From Trichinella spiralis (lineage: Eukaryota), in assembly GCF_000181795.1 (NCBI RefSeq), contig NW_003526943.1:7151566-7215565 (forward strand): DNA of 64,000 bases. The letters are read 5' to 3'. Below the pieces are notes generated by a model. That model saw nothing but the letters and a program-made list of their open reading frames with translations, did no database searches and was not told the origin of the DNA. This document shows positions 14,334-28,626 of this stretch, piece by piece; positions within the stretch are counted from its first letter, which is position 1, and every line of letters starts with the position of its first letter. The position numbers were made by a program, and so were the translations under genes.

Positions 14334-15560
14334 CAGTGAAATTCCGATTTTCCGAACACGGCTCGTGAAAATGCAATTTTTATAATATTAAATCAACCTG
14401 CATTTCACTAATACTGTAATATTCTGTTGTTGGCTAATTTTTATGTCCGGTTTGTCTACTACTAGAAAGAGAAAGGTTTTGAGTTCAGAGCAAAAGTTAG
14501 AAGTGTGTAGACTAGTGGAGAGGGGCGAGTCGCTGAGGAAAATCGCTGAGAGATTTGGTGTGGGTCTGTTCACAGTTTCAGACATCTATAGCAGTCGACG
14601 TCAGCTAACTCACTTTGTGTCGCACATGGATACTTCGAGTAGCTGTTCTTCACGAAAACTGATGAAAAAAACGTCAAATAGCGCGCTTGATTCAGCAATA
14701 TACATGTGGTTCCTCCAGAAACGTGCACTTGATGAACCAATACAAGAGAAAGCTCTAGCTTTCAGTACTAAGCTAGGTATTGATAATTTTGTAGTCAGTT
14801 CAGGATGGCTAAGAAACCTCAAAAGTTGGCATGGCATACGCGAGCTTAGAATTCACGGTGAAAAGTTGTCTGCTGACAGTGAGCGTGCCGAAAAATTTAA
14901 ATGTACGTTGAATGATTTGATTAATAAAGAAAGGTATAGTCTTGATTTTGTGTATAACGCGGATGAAACCGGCTTGATATGGAAATGTCTGCCTAATACG
15001 TCGCTTGTATCGATGACCGAGAAGACTGCAAACGGCTTTAAGTCATGTAAGGAAAGAGTGACTGTTCTCTGTAGCAACTGCGCAACAAAGAGATGAAGAC
15101 ATCGATATGTCTGATAAGCCAGATGAAGGGACGAGCCATTCAGAAGCCTATTCTTGCGCCAATATCCTCTTCAACTGGATGGAGCAGCAGAAAGAATTCA
15201 GCACTACTCAGCTGATGCTAATGAGGCATATTCGCGCGATTTCGCTGCACAGAAGAAGCGATCTTCGTTCAAACAGATCTTATTACTGATTTTATAAAAT
15301 CTAACACAAAGTAAAATTGGTGCTGTCTCAATGTAGCGGTGAAAAATATAATCGACCGTGTTAATAAACGCTCGTGCAATTTAAACAAGTAGAGGGCAAA
15401 AAACGTCGCATAATAAACAGAATGTCTACTATTTGGCATCTGATTGAGAATAACAGCTATAAACGCTTCAACTATGTACATACATTTCAAAAAATTGAAA
15501 ATATCTGATTATCCGAAGGATCCCCAAAAACCGTATGTTCGGATAATCGGAGTTCCACTG
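14334..15560 (+). mobile_element. Tigger/pogo-family DNA transposon, internally deleted
   Basis: TIRs CAGTGAAATTCCGATTTTCCGAACA and (reverse complement) CAGTGGAACTCCGATTATCCGAACA, each flanked by TA. Confidence 0.92.
14443..15096 (+). pseudogene. Truncated Tigger/Jerky-like transposase (HTH_psq + CENP-B HTH + start of DDE domain)
   Basis: Motifs RKRKVLSSEQKLEV, LDSAIYMWFLQKR, SSGWLRNLK, VYNADETGLIWK and KERVTVLCSN, followed by an abrupt jump to C-terminal-like sequence. The rest of the DDE domain is missing. Confidence 0.85.
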
Positions 15561-15957
15561 TATTTACTCATTATATAAATAAATAAACATATATGTATAT
15601 GAAGAACACATATAGTTATTGAATGGAGATGAATAACATGAAAAATAACCTTCAATACTGCTTATCTCAAATTAATTTCTTCAGTGACCTTTACAGTCTT
15701 ATACAGAAATCAGATTTTAATCAATATTAAGTGCGATTTAAATCAATTGAAGCAGTAATGTAAAATTACAATTTACATTGTGCTGATCAAATTTACAAAC
15801 TTTAAGTATTAAGCAAAACAGTACAACGCAATTTTCTGTAATCTCTGCAATTTACTAATTTACACAAAAAATAATCTATTCAATAATAACAATTCGCCAC
15901 GTATAACATGTTTTGTTAGAATTTTAAAAATTGCAATTGCACAAATTCATTTTCTTC

Positions 15958-16890
15958 TCAACGACGAATAGATGCTGCTTCTTTCGCTACAAGTATTAAA
16001 AATAGAACAAATTATTAAGTTTAACTTTCTTTGTTTTAATATATGCAACAATGCTGATTATTACACCTTTGGCAATTTTTCAAACTATAAATAAAAAATA
16101 ATTTAAAGTATAATTATAATTTTAGCAAATCAAATACAATGCAACGCAAATTGTTACTTTTACATTTTTCATCCGCTGAATGTATTTTCATAGGGGAGAA
16201 AATTATTTACATAAAACTGTAATTCTTGACCAATTACCTGCTGCTTCTTCTTGGCGTTTCTTGGCTGCTTCTTCTCGATTCTTGCGAATTATAGCTAAAC
16301 GAGCTAAATCCGCCCGCGCTTCTTCTGTTTTCCCTTCTGCATGTAACTTCAAATACCTTTGACGAGCTTGTTCTTTTTCGATCGCTTCTCTGTGACAAGA
16401 TGAATTTACCAAATGCAAGCAAACAAAACATACATACAGACAGTAACTTACTTCTCCCTACGACTCAACTGCACTTCTTGATTGAATTCCAAATTTTTGA
16501 ATTTCTTATTTTTCACAACTCGACGATTTGGATTTTCAACTTCAATTAAATGACTCACACCTTTATGCTTCGTCTCTTCATTATCTGACTCGTCATCACT
16601 ACTATCAGAGTCGCTGCTATTTTGCTGTTCAGGAATTCGAGGCTTTTGAAAAGCTTTGTTTGGCTCATCGTCCTCTTCCTAAATAAACAATATTTTACAA
16701 ACAAAAAAGGCAGTAAAGCTAAATTTACAAAAGATTTTGCTTTCTCTATATCTTCTTGTTGAGCTTTCAGCTCTTCGAAACTGGTAAATTTTCGGGCACC
16801 ACCTTTGTGGCCAAATTTTTTCTTTCCTCCCCCTAAACAGAAAAACTGCAAATCAGAAGTGAATCAAATAAAATTACTTGGCTTAGACAT
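15958..16890 (-). CDS. PDAP1: 28 kDa heat- and acid-stable phosphoprotein (PDGFA-associated protein 1); ~5 exons
   Basis: Spliced [26 protein letters not shown]...SDSDSSDDE...[14 protein letters not shown]...[48 protein letters not shown]...AKEAASIRR*. The PP28 domain motifs are clear; the choice of last exon is inferred. Confidence 0.9.
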
Positions 16891-17501
16891 GATTTTTCAC
16901 AACAAATGCGGTTCACAGTAAAATAACTGCTCTTGGCCAACAACGAGCTACTAAAATATGTCTCAATTAATTGCACGTATGGAACAGATAACAAAATAAA
17001 ATTGTAATGCAGAGCAACACAAATCCATGCGATGAAATACGATAATTACCTAGTAAAGCAAAACACTGAGAGTAAACTGATGCTCACGTTTTATTGGAGT
17101 AGATTGGTATTGGAAATTCATCACTTCAAAAAATAATGCTTATTTTATGTTAAATGTCATATAATGTGACAAAATTATGATAATATAAGATTTTAATTAA
17201 AAAATGAATAAATTTTAAAATAACTTTACAGCAACACAAATTTACATAAAGCTAGACTGTATTTTGAATGAAGATAGTTTGAAGTTTGAGGTGAAGGAAA
17301 TATGCAGCAAAATATAGCAGTCATGTTTTTATGTTTCATATTAACTTAAGTGGTGAAAATAAAGTTAATATTTGGCATTTCATTAGCTACTAAATCATTT
17401 CATCCTGAATATTTAAATGATTTTTTGTCATACTGTAATTTACGTTACTGTAGCGTTGGCGATACAAATCCGGTTTTCTGAAATTAAATTGTTTATCAAA
17501 A

Positions 17502-18321
17502 ATGCACCGAATTCGTGCAAAAAGAGAAATGGTCCCGAAAGATTGGGAAGTAATTGAATCAACAATGGAAGATTTTGATAGAAAAATGCGGGAAGGTATT
17601 ATATTGCATTTTGCTATGTAATTTATGTTTTAATTGTTTCTGTCTTGGCAGCTCAATCCGAACCTCATGAAGGTAAACGAAGAGTGGAATCTCTGTGGCC
17701 TATATTTCGTATTCATCACCAGCGTTCTAGATATTTGTTCGAAATGTATTACAAAAAGAAAGAAATATCAAAGGGTAAAGACTAGTGTAGACTTGGTTAA
17801 GCATTTCCACTTGCTTCAAATTTCATCTGCCTGATAAATTGTTTTTAAGTCGTTTAAGTTATAAATAATTTCATTTTTAAAACTTTTAGAGCTTTATCAA
17901 TTTTGCCTTGACCAGAAACTTGCAGATGCAGCTTTAATCGCGAAATGGAAAAAGCCGGGTTTCGAAAATTTATGTTGCCTTCGCTGCATTCAAACCCGTG
18001 ATACAAACTTTGGGACTAATTGTATTTGTCGAGTTCCAAAATCAAAATTGGACGAGGTACTGCTTGTAACTCTTTTTTTACTTTATTTTTTGTGTTATCA
18101 ATTTTAGTTTGTATTTAGTTATAATTATTGTTTAATTTCTATAAGATCATGTTTTATATATTTATTTAACTAATTTGCTGCTACTATGCACTGTAGATTA
18201 TTGCAAAATAATTTTAATCTGAACATTTTTTAATAACGAAAGTTTAACTAGATTATTGAATGTTGTTTAGGCAAGGATTATTGAATGTGTTCATTGTGGG
18301 TGCCGTGGTTGTTCCGGATAA
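17502..18321 (+). CDS. BUD31: BUD31/G10 spliceosomal protein; exons 17502-17595, 17652-17774, 17890-18056, 18271-18321
   Basis: Spliced ...[45 protein letters not shown]...[39 protein letters not shown]...[14 protein letters not shown]. Confidence 0.96.
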
Positions 18322-19340
18322 CCGATTATGCTACTCCTGTATTGTATGCAATTACATCAGTTCACATTTGTTAATCGGCAGTAGCTGATTTTGGACAGAT
18401 GGTTTCAGTAATATGAATAAAACGTAAGTCACAGAAGACTTCCTTTTGTTTGATGTTTTTTGATTTCATTTTGTTGAAAGTTTGAATACTTTTTCAAAGT
18501 GCAAAATATTGTGTAACATATTTTATTAATTCATATTTTATGTATAATCTAATATTATTTGGATTTTACGTCGCACAGAATGTAGAGTTTTATGAAACAT
18601 TTGGGGCACTTTTGTGTTGTGTAAATTGTTAATGTATAATAAATCATGGCAGAAAATTGTGATGGTGCTGCGTGAATTTTTCTTTAAAAAATATAAACTA
18701 GTTTTTATATTTATATTCATTCAAATACGAAATAATTATTTCTATATTAATGGCAGAAGTATTAACGCTTTCATAATAATTAGATGGAAGTATGTATGTA
18801 ATAAGTATGTGAAAATGCAATGTTGATTTCGTCATTTGAACAGTAAGAAAATGCATCACGTAATGATTAATCATTACCTCATTTTGTTGAATTGATTAAA
18901 GTTGGTGATTCGTGTAAAATTTGTAAAGGTATAACAGTTTACTGAGCGTAAAAAACTGCAAGGTTGATTGAGGGGATTGATAATAGATATAAACATGTTG
19001 TCTTCATGTTGAGATCTAAGCAAAATGTTGCATAAAGAGTATTTCAAATAATAAATTAATAACTGAATTTTCTCATATTCATCATTTATGTAAAAAATTG
19101 TTTTTTTCGTAAAAGCTCAAATAAATTATGAATTGTTTGAAATGAATTGCCTGGACTATGGGAAAAATTTTCAAAATAGTAAATTTGTGCAATTATTTTT
19201 TTGTTAAGTTTTCTTTTTTAAATAATACTTGTAATACCAATTACACAGTATGAAAACAAGGCATAGAATTTTAGGTGATTTTTTATCATAAAATTGTTTT
19301 TTGTTCAAAAAATGAGCAATGTAAACATGATGTAAATAAT

Positions 19341-21300
19341 TTATGGCAGATGAGAAGGCATGACTGATTTTTTGAATTTCAAAGGTAAAGCTTTTTGCAG
19401 TTTTGTTCGAATCTTGCTCAGTTCGATGAGTCTAACAATGGCCGTCAGGAGAAAGCCAATTGGTTGCATCAGCCAGATTGCAAACGGTATTACTGTACTG
19501 TCGAGAAAGATTGTGGAGAAGACCCTGTAGGTGGCTGGCAAATTTTGAACGCTGAAATTCAACGCTATCAGCATGACCACCTTGCGGACCATTTCCCAAT
19601 TTCGCCTGGTCTGCACTGCTCTTACTGACTGGTGGCTAGACCTGCTGATTGGCATGTAAAGCAGCCAGGCAACGAAGATCAATACTCCCACAAAACCTAC
19701 CGTACCGGTATACGCTAGGTGAATGTTGAAATAAGTTTGCGATACCACCAGCTCGTAATAGCAGGCAATTGGTATAGGCTCGTTATTGGTCAGAATGTCG
19801 GTCCAGCAGAGGCTCACGTCCACCACGGATACAGTTGTGTAATAAATGAGTGGGAATTTGTTGAGCAGCAGTGCTTTTAGGGGACTGCCTTGTTGATTGT
19901 TTTGCAGTGCCAGAACACTTTCAAATGCCATGATCAACGTTGCACCACTGATGAACACATCGCCGACCGCGTAGAATGTCGGATGTATTGCTATTACTAT
20001 GCAGTAACCTTTGAGGATGGTGTCGTCTGAAGTTTGATAAGTTATCATTCTTGCATAATCACTCGTGTAAGCTATTCCAAGCAGTGTACTGCCTAAGGAG
20101 AAGCCTGAAATTTTTTTTCCTCAACCGATGCACACAAAAACACACATACTGTTGCGACTGTTTTTCAAAAGTTTAAAACCAAGTAATATTATTTAAAGTT
20201 GTAATATTTAGGATAAATTAATATTATTAAAAGATTCTTTTTATATTTTTTAAAATTAATTTTTAAGATATACTTTACACTTATATTAGTCATGGTGTTT
20301 AAAACAATATAAGTTATAGTTCATTCAATTTAGCAATAACTTATCTGTTATGTCTACTGTATTTTCCTTTTATTTTTCTTTATATTTATTAGATGTATTT
20401 TAAAATTTTTCTTCAGCTGATTTTTTTATGTACAATTATTTATTTATTTTCACTTTTATTTAAATCATTGATACTTCTCTGTTATTATGAATGCAGAATG
20501 TAGAGTTGCATGAATTATGTTACACATCTGATACTGCTTGTTTTGAATGCAAGAAATGAAAAATTAGGTAATAAATTCTTGTTTCTTTTCAGTTTAATCA
20601 ATTGCAATGTCCAGCTAAGTGATGTGCAGGTTAAAGTTTTGTCATTTGATTGCTCAAGCTTGTTGAGCAGCTTTTAAAATTGTATTTCTTTTCAATGTGA
20701 AATATTTTCAGTGCAAAATTCATAGTCGCCAAATAGCAACTGTGCAGTGATTGATTTGTGAATGGAAAAAAACTGTCAATTAATTATTGAATGAACAATA
20801 ATATTATTAATTTTTATATTCGTATTTATATAAAAATCAGCTGAATTTGTTGCAAAGATTCAAATTAAAAAAATGTTGGTCGAAAAATAGCGCATCATTT
20901 TTAAAACATTTTTACTTTTCACAAATTCATAAGCGGAAAATTTGTAATTTACCAAAAAATGAAAAATACTTTGAATTTTTTATTGATAAATTATTTTAAT
21001 AAAATTTGCAATAGTGGTTGCTAGTCAGTATGTATTACCTGCAAAAAAGTTGTCGAGCTTTGTCTTCCTTTTCTTTCGCATGGTGGTCACTAGCAGGCAA
21101 ATGTTAGCAACTGTAGAAAGTACAGCAAAAATTATGTATATTTTGAAATTGCGATCATTCTGGTCGATAATTTCTAATTCCTCCATGGTGAAATTTGGAG
21201 AAGATGAATTTCGGAATGGAAATATGATATTCGTGGTGTTTTGGGATGAAAAATCCAAAGCAGCTGCCCCGTTGTACTCATCCAATGCAACGGCATTCAT
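19341..21300 (-). CDS. Serpentine 7TM receptor-like protein (srsx-like), paralogue 2; exons 21300-21039, 20104-19341
   Basis: The TM1 exon (VANICLLV..RKKRKTKLDNFFA) joins by a phase-1 intron to GFSLGSTLLGIAY...LIMAFES...CYYELV...QTRRN..MVRK. Confidence 0.8.
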
Positions 21301-24300
21301 CGGATTTTATTGAGCCTAATCTGCGTAATAGAAAATTTTGCTTTTCACAAATCAATACTTGTGTTTAACGTTAAAAACAATAATGGAATTATTAAAAAAA
21401 AATTGAAAATTGATTTCTCACGAGTTGAACAAGGAAAATATGGTGAAACTTGTTGTTTGTTGTAATGAAATGAATGAATGTGTTTTACTTGTCTTGGCAT
21501 CATCATCACTGACAACATGGAAATATTGCACCTATTAGAAGTTGCTCTATCCAAATCCTTTTGTCAAATATAATTTTAATTCCTTGTCATGATGTTGAAT
21601 TATGGAATTAAATTAAGAAATGTATCTAAACTTCAATAATGCAAATAATTATATTCTATTTATATTTTTTGCAGGAAATGGTGCATCATGATATTGGATT
21701 CCTGTACTCGCGGAAAATACCGTGGAAAAGAAAATTGAAAGTTGGTTTCAATGTTTTAATTTGTTGTGACGTTTGGACAAATTAATGTTTGAAAGAAATT
21801 CCATACTTTTAAGTCAGTTAATTGTAATGCTATTTTTATTTTGTATAAAAACTAATAAATACAACGAATAAACTTTTCTCTTAGATGTCGCATGTCATTT
21901 CAGAACTTTGCACAAATATGTGATATAATTTATAAAGTTTTATTTTAATAATTATAAATGAATATTTACATTAAAAATGAATCAGTTTACGGTATATATG
22001 TAAAAAAAAGTAACATTGTTTAGAAGTAATTCTTCAGCGGCTTATTTCAAGCTTAGTATTCACAGTTATTTTGTATTTCAAATAAATAAATAGATTCAAC
22101 TTGTATTTTTTTATTTAAATTTTTAATTGATGTGTGATTAGCTTTTAGGTAGATTGCAGAATAATGAATAAATTTGTATAGATGAGAAATCTTGTGCTTT
22201 AATTTATTTACTGAAAGATCTGCTAAATGCAAAAATTAATAAATGATTTTTAAAAATTATGCAGGAAAAAGCATTAAAATGAAAAATAATTTTTGGAACA
22301 TTTTTTTTCAAATTATTAAAATTTAGTAATTGGTTTTGTGTGATACGTATGCTCGTTGTAACAGTATTGAATAAATAATTGTAAGAAGTTTCGTGGACAT
22401 TGGACAAACCGAATAAACCGTCGATTAGAGCAGTAGCAGAAGCAAATTTTTGAAAATCAGCTTTCTCTCAATAAATGAATAATGTTTATTAATAAAGGGG
22501 CTAGCGTTTTGTGAAACCAGGCGAATTTTTCATTTTTACAATTAGAAAAGTGAATGGAGTATGGCATGTGTGTGTGAGAAAATGAGAATTTAAACATAAC
22601 TTATTTTGTTTACTGCATTTAATTGAAATTAATGAAATTGGAAATTTCTTCATAGTCGAACAATCTTGAAATGCTTCTTAAATTACCATTATATGCCTTG
22701 CATAATATGTGAATATTATTTCACTTTTGTATTACAACTGTAAATAAATATGGCACAGCTGAAATAGCATATGCAAGTTATTTCTTGTTCAATAAATGTT
22801 TTATCAGAAATATCAGTTTTTCGTTGCACATCTGAATTGGGAAAAACTATATTATCAACTTGAAGTTTCTTTGATAGACATGAAACATATAATAATCACA
22901 ATAAATTGATAGAAACATTTTCGAGCAAAGTTCATTTTTTCAAAAATGTTCAGCTTAAGAATAATCCTAACATGATGGCATGTGTAAATTAGATTGTTTA
23001 AAAAATTTTTATATTAAGAAAGTTGAAAAATAAAAATTTTTAATCAACTGCAACGTACATTTTGATGAAAAAGAACAATCTCAAATTGAGTTGACATCAA
23101 TAAATTTCAATGCAATGCAAATTCGCTGTATCTCTTAGCAGCTTGTTGTTTTGAATGAAATGACAAACATATTAAGACAATATTAATTTTTTCATTCTGA
23201 ACCCATTTACTTTAGCTTAATGCGCCTCACTGCAAAGTAATCAACTATCTGTATGTATACGCAGGGATATGTTGCTGTTTGGGATCCTTGTGCAATCAAT
23301 GTATATTCACTGTGTTTTGTGTTTCTAAAATAATCAATAGGTGAAAGATTACTAAATTCTAATTCTCAAATTGTATGAGATGTTTTACTTATTCAGATAT
23401 AAGACAAAGCAAAATATTAATTAAAATTTCATAATCAGCTTTGAGTATATTGATTAAAAAATCTGTAAAATGTTTTTAATACCAAGTTGCAGAGATGATT
23501 AGAAAAAAGAAAAAATAGCATCTTTCAATAACATATGTATTTTGCTTTTATTTGATGTACAAAAAATAATTAAAATCATAATAAACAATCACTTTTTTAT
23601 ATGTGATATTTTCATATTTTTTCAATGACAAACACATGCAGTGAATGTATGTGCTATATAAAAATAACTGGCTGCTTGAATTTTACAAAAAAATTGATAT
23701 GATGGGCATTAAAATGGAATTAAAGTGAGCGAAAAAGTAATTTACACCTTATTTTCCTCGTACTTATATATATATATATATAGTTTCATTTTTACCATTC
23801 TTTATTTCACGTATGATACCTTTAAATTTAAGTTACTATTCGTCATGGATTGTAATGTTTAGAATGAATAAAACTTGATACACTGCTTAAGAAACTCAGT
23901 AACTTGAAGGTGATTAATTTTATTTTCTAGAAAAATCTTAGATTAAAATTCATTTAATTATGGAATTGCGCATCCTTCAAAATTCTCCACAATGCTTTTT
24001 CCTGTTGATGTTTATCAAGTAAAATCTACATACCTCTTAAAGAAAATTTGTTCTTTTTTCTTGAACAAGCATCTCAACTGCTTCTTGCTTACTGAACCTC
24101 GAATGCACAACCATGTTTATTGGGCCTTTTGAAAACTGCACGTAAACATAGAAAATTAATTGCTTTAAAAAATGAAAAAGTGAATTATCCCGTGTGGTAA
24201 CGTGAAATATTTACGACTTGGAACCAAAACAAATGCAAGCGAATAAAGAATCCCTTTTTTAAAATGATATTTTTTTACTGTAAATTGGAAATTTGTAAAA

Positions 24301-26131
24301 TTTTTAAAGCATTAAAAAAATCTTCATTCATGCTCATTCAACTTCATTCGAAATAAGCTTTAGCTTATACAGGCAAGCCAATTTTCGTGTCTAAATTATG
24401 CCTAGCCAATTTGCTTTTATTAAAATCCATTTATTATTAACTGAATGAACATTTAATTTGTGATGAAACTATATCATGAATCATTATAAGCAGTGAGTGT
24501 TATTAAGTCATGTTTATTTTTTTTAATAGTAAATTTCATCAAATCTATTATGCATTAGTTAAACTGGCATGATAAATCTCACAATTTCAATGAATTTTAT
24601 ATTAAAACTCTGTTTTGATTTTATTTCACATCTTATTTATTTGAATCAAAATGCAGCTTATTTGAAATATTGATTTTCATATTGCTAATTTTTTAGTTGG
24701 AGAATTTTCAAAACACTGATATAAGCATTAACACATGAAACGTACACCAGCTACAAACTCTGGTCACAAAAAGTGAATTACAATTAATTTTTATAAAGTT
24801 ATATGAATAAATCAATATTGATAAATTTAAGTAAAATAAACACATTTGCATACAATTTTCTTTTAGTATTGATTGCATTAAATGCATGCCTAATGATAAT
24901 TGGAATCACACAGATTTACATATTTTTGAAATTATTAAAGAAGTAATTTATTATTATCAGTACTCTGTATATGATAGAAGTGAAAGTTTTGCTTTTATTG
25001 TTTATTTTCATTGTGATATTTATTTTGAAAATACAAGAGAGTAAAAAAATTTTTCATTTTATAATTTATTGCATTCAATTATATCATAAAAACTTTCCTA
25101 TTTTTCAAAAACTGTATGATGAGCAAATGTATGACATTTATGTTGTATGTTTTGTTTTGCTCATCGTTTAGTAGGTAATAATTAAAAATTATCATAATTA
25201 ACAGATTCATTGAATGAATAATGCTTGAGAAAATAAAATAGTATTAATAATGGTAGACTGTGTGCGTGTATTTGTTAATAATTTGAATTGAATATCTTGT
25301 ATTTTTTCTTTATGCATGTAAAACTTTTTCAAATAGTTTTTTTCCTCAATTTAGCTCACTCACGTGCAGCATATCACATTAGCCGTCATGTTTTTTGCAG
25401 TGCTCCATATTGTTGCTAACAATTCTGGTTTAACATGCCTGGTGGGTGTATGGGGCACTTTTCCACTTTTACAAATGAAAATGACTATGAACACATTGAC
25501 AAATATAGGTTTTCAATTTTTTTCCCTCTCCAAAATCAGGTCATTACACATTTTGTTATAGCCAAGCTTTTACTTTGGTGATGGTATTTATGAATTATTT
25601 TATTTCATTGGCATAATATAAATTGACAGTCGTTTCCTTCTTCATGAAACCGCTTAATACCGCATTTGTTTAGCAACTTGTCCATTTATTGCTATTAGCA
25701 CTAAATACAACACATACACATCCGAACGCAGCTTTCTCTTCTGTACGAAGCTTTCTCCTCTGAACGCTGGTTGTAAGCATTGAAAGCATATCTGTGAATA
25801 TGATTTTTTCAATTAGCTTTGGATTTCTTACTTTTTTATCACTGGGTAATTGTAAGTTCATTTTTCTGATTTATTTTCATTTCAAAATATTTGAACTGTA
25901 ATCTACAGCTTACCATGTTTACTTTTTTAGCATGCTAAACTTTAATTTCTTTTTTGTTTATTCACTTTACACATGCAAAGTTGTTTTTAAATTTAATAAT
26001 AATTCAATATTGTTAATGTATAAAATATGATTTCATTCAATAATGATCAAATAATTCATAAATTATTACTTGCATGCCGCTCCAGAGATATTTCAATTGA
26101 AATTCTTATAAATTACTGATACAATTTGTAG

Positions 26132-26616
26132 TGGCCAATGGAAAATTTGACAAAGCTGGACTTTGTCCATTGCCTCCTGGTCCAACAGTATCCAACGCGA
26201 TCAATTACTGCAATCGGGATGATGATTGCAAAGACGCAATGAAATGTTGTCCAACAATCCTCGGTCGTCGTTGTATGAATCCTGATTCGAAGAGAAGTAC
26301 GTTAAATTGAAAATTATTAATTATTAATACTTTATTTTTCTAAAAAATAGTTATTTGTCCTGATGGATCCAAGGCACAGCAGACATGCGACGCTGACAGT
26401 GATTGTCACAACAATCTGAAATGCATTAACGGCATTTGCTGTCCAGAGAAGAAAGATAGCAACGATGACAGCAAGTCAGGATCTTGCCCTCAGCTGATTG
26501 TTCCTTCAGGTTATGCAATTGGGAAAGACGATGAATGCCGAGGTGATTTGCAGTGCAGTGGGAAAAGAAAATGCTGTCAAACTTTAGCTGGAAAACGCTG
26601 CTTACTTCCTGTTTGA
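26132..26616 (+). CDS. Cys-rich WAP-WR1-WAP protein, paralogue A (last two exons; the signal-peptide exon is probably 24971-25040)
   Basis: KAGLCPLPP..YCNRDDDCKDAMKCCPTILGRRCMNP | ICPDGSKAQQTCDADSDCHNNLKCINGICCP...KSGSCP...ECRGDLQCSGKRKCCQTLAGKRCLLPV*. Candidate phase-1 first exon: MIEVKVLLLLFIFIVIFILKIQE. Confidence 0.85.
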
Positions 26617-28544
26617 TTTCATGCGATTATTTATGATTCAATCTGGGTATAAATAAAACTTTACCAATCTTGAAAATTACAATTTTATAAAAACAGACAT
26701 TGTTTTTTACACATATTCAGAAAAATATACCATTTCATTTTTACATTTACATGTGTTTACATTACATCAAATAATAACTCTGGAACAGTCATATAAATGA
26801 AACTAAACGAGAAAAGAAAAAAATTTTTGAGATGAATATTATTCATTCATATTCATATTGTTGAAAGAAGAAAAATCCATTAATATGTAATCTCTATTAG
26901 CATTCATCAATTTACCGCAACTGTGTAAAATAATTTTTTAGTATTAATGTTATTTTGCATCATTAAAAAATATACGTCTCTTAAAATTAATTCCACAAAA
27001 TAATAAGCATTTATTTATGCACGATAAAAGTTTTTCATATTCATTCTTTAACGGATGTTTTCTACTGGTTTATTTCTGTAACCAGAACTGACTCATCGCT
27101 TTTGCAGACATGATTATTATCATATTATTTTTTATTATTGATGAAATATTTATGAACAGCTGTGCTTGAAAATCAGCTTATTTCACAAAAGCATGACTGC
27201 CATTGAAACCGGTTTAAATAAAGCAGTTGTGTTACTAATTTTATGATTCATATTTGACAATTTCATGAACAACAAAATAAAGCAATGAGAATACAATATT
27301 CACAATAGAAAATACTGGTTTGAAAATAAAATGATTTAGCAGAAGTAAACAAATTTAGAATCAAACAACTTCATATGCACATACATATATATATATATAT
27401 ATGCCCATTATTTCACATTAAAATAAATCTTAACCTAATGTCATATTAAATGCTATAAAAATTAGTAATGTACAATAGTAAAATTTGCAATTTTAAAAAT
27501 TAAGAAATTGCGCGATGCAACAAACATTTCTAAAATAATTTAATCAGTAAAATTGCAGAATATCAAATGTTGAACTCTAAAATGGAAATTCAAACCTTCT
27601 CTTAACAAACTAGCCATAAATATTGCAAATATCATTGAAGTTATTAATCAAATTTTAAAGATATTTATTAAAACTTAATAATTAACGTCATAAAAATGTT
27701 GAATAAATTAATTTTATTAATAATAAGCAAAATTATGCAACATTTCATATAAAACAAACAAAAAATAAAATAAACTCACTGCAAATTTAGCAAACAATCT
27801 AAGTTTCATCAATTAAAGAAAATTACATAAATGTTTACAATAATGCATTTAAAATTTAAAAAGAAAATTATGCAATAAAAAATGATGAATAATATAAATT
27901 GAAATAATTAATTCAAAAAATCAGCTGAACTATAATCAACAAATTTTTAGTATGCAAAATTTGTTCATTTTCCATATTTGTACACTTTATACAGTTACCT
28001 TTTATTATTATTATGTACAAAACCGCACACATTGATAGATCTTTTTAGTTAATTTTAAATTGAAATAAGTAGTACATAAAGATTAAAAATGGAATCTATT
28101 TTCAATAAATGATCACTAATAATAATTAATTAATGTATTCATAATTAAGAATATTTAAAAATAGAGTCATTCTTCATTATTTTTAATGTTCACTTTTATT
28201 AACAATTAATAGAATTAATACTAACAATAATTAAGAAATAAAACGTTATACAAATAAAGCAACACATAATGAAGGTAATTTTTTTACAAAAATTGTTTTT
28301 AATATGCATTTTAACTGCATTTTCTATAGCTGAAATAAGTACGTAGCTGCTTTGTAGCTTAGTAATACAAATGTAGTTAGTTCGTAGTTTTCTTACAACA
28401 TTACAGACATTATTTACACAGTTTAAAACATTTTCTTACGAACTGCTGAAGAAAAATACTAAACTATAATAGGTATATAAAATCAGAGTTTCTTATGCAT
28501 TGAAACTTGCTGAATAAAGCAAAAGAAACCATGTTAAAAGATTT

Positions 28545-28626
28545 CGACGAGGATGGGATTCGAACCCACGCGGGGAAACCCCAATGGATTAGCAGTCCAT
28601 CGCCTTAACCACTCGGCCACCTCGTC
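28545..28626 (-). tRNA. tRNA-Ser(GCT)
   Basis: Reverse complement GACGAGGTGGCCGAGTGGTTAAGGCGATGGACTGCTAATCCATTGGGGTTTCCCCGCGTGGGTTCGAATCCCATCCTCGTCG: 82 nt, intact stems, long variable arm, anticodon GCT. Confidence 0.97.

Noticed and set aside
25364..25561. 65-aa ORF as the first exon of WAP paralogue A
   Set aside because: It is a poor signal peptide with a weak donor. The 24971-25040 exon fits better, although it is unproven.
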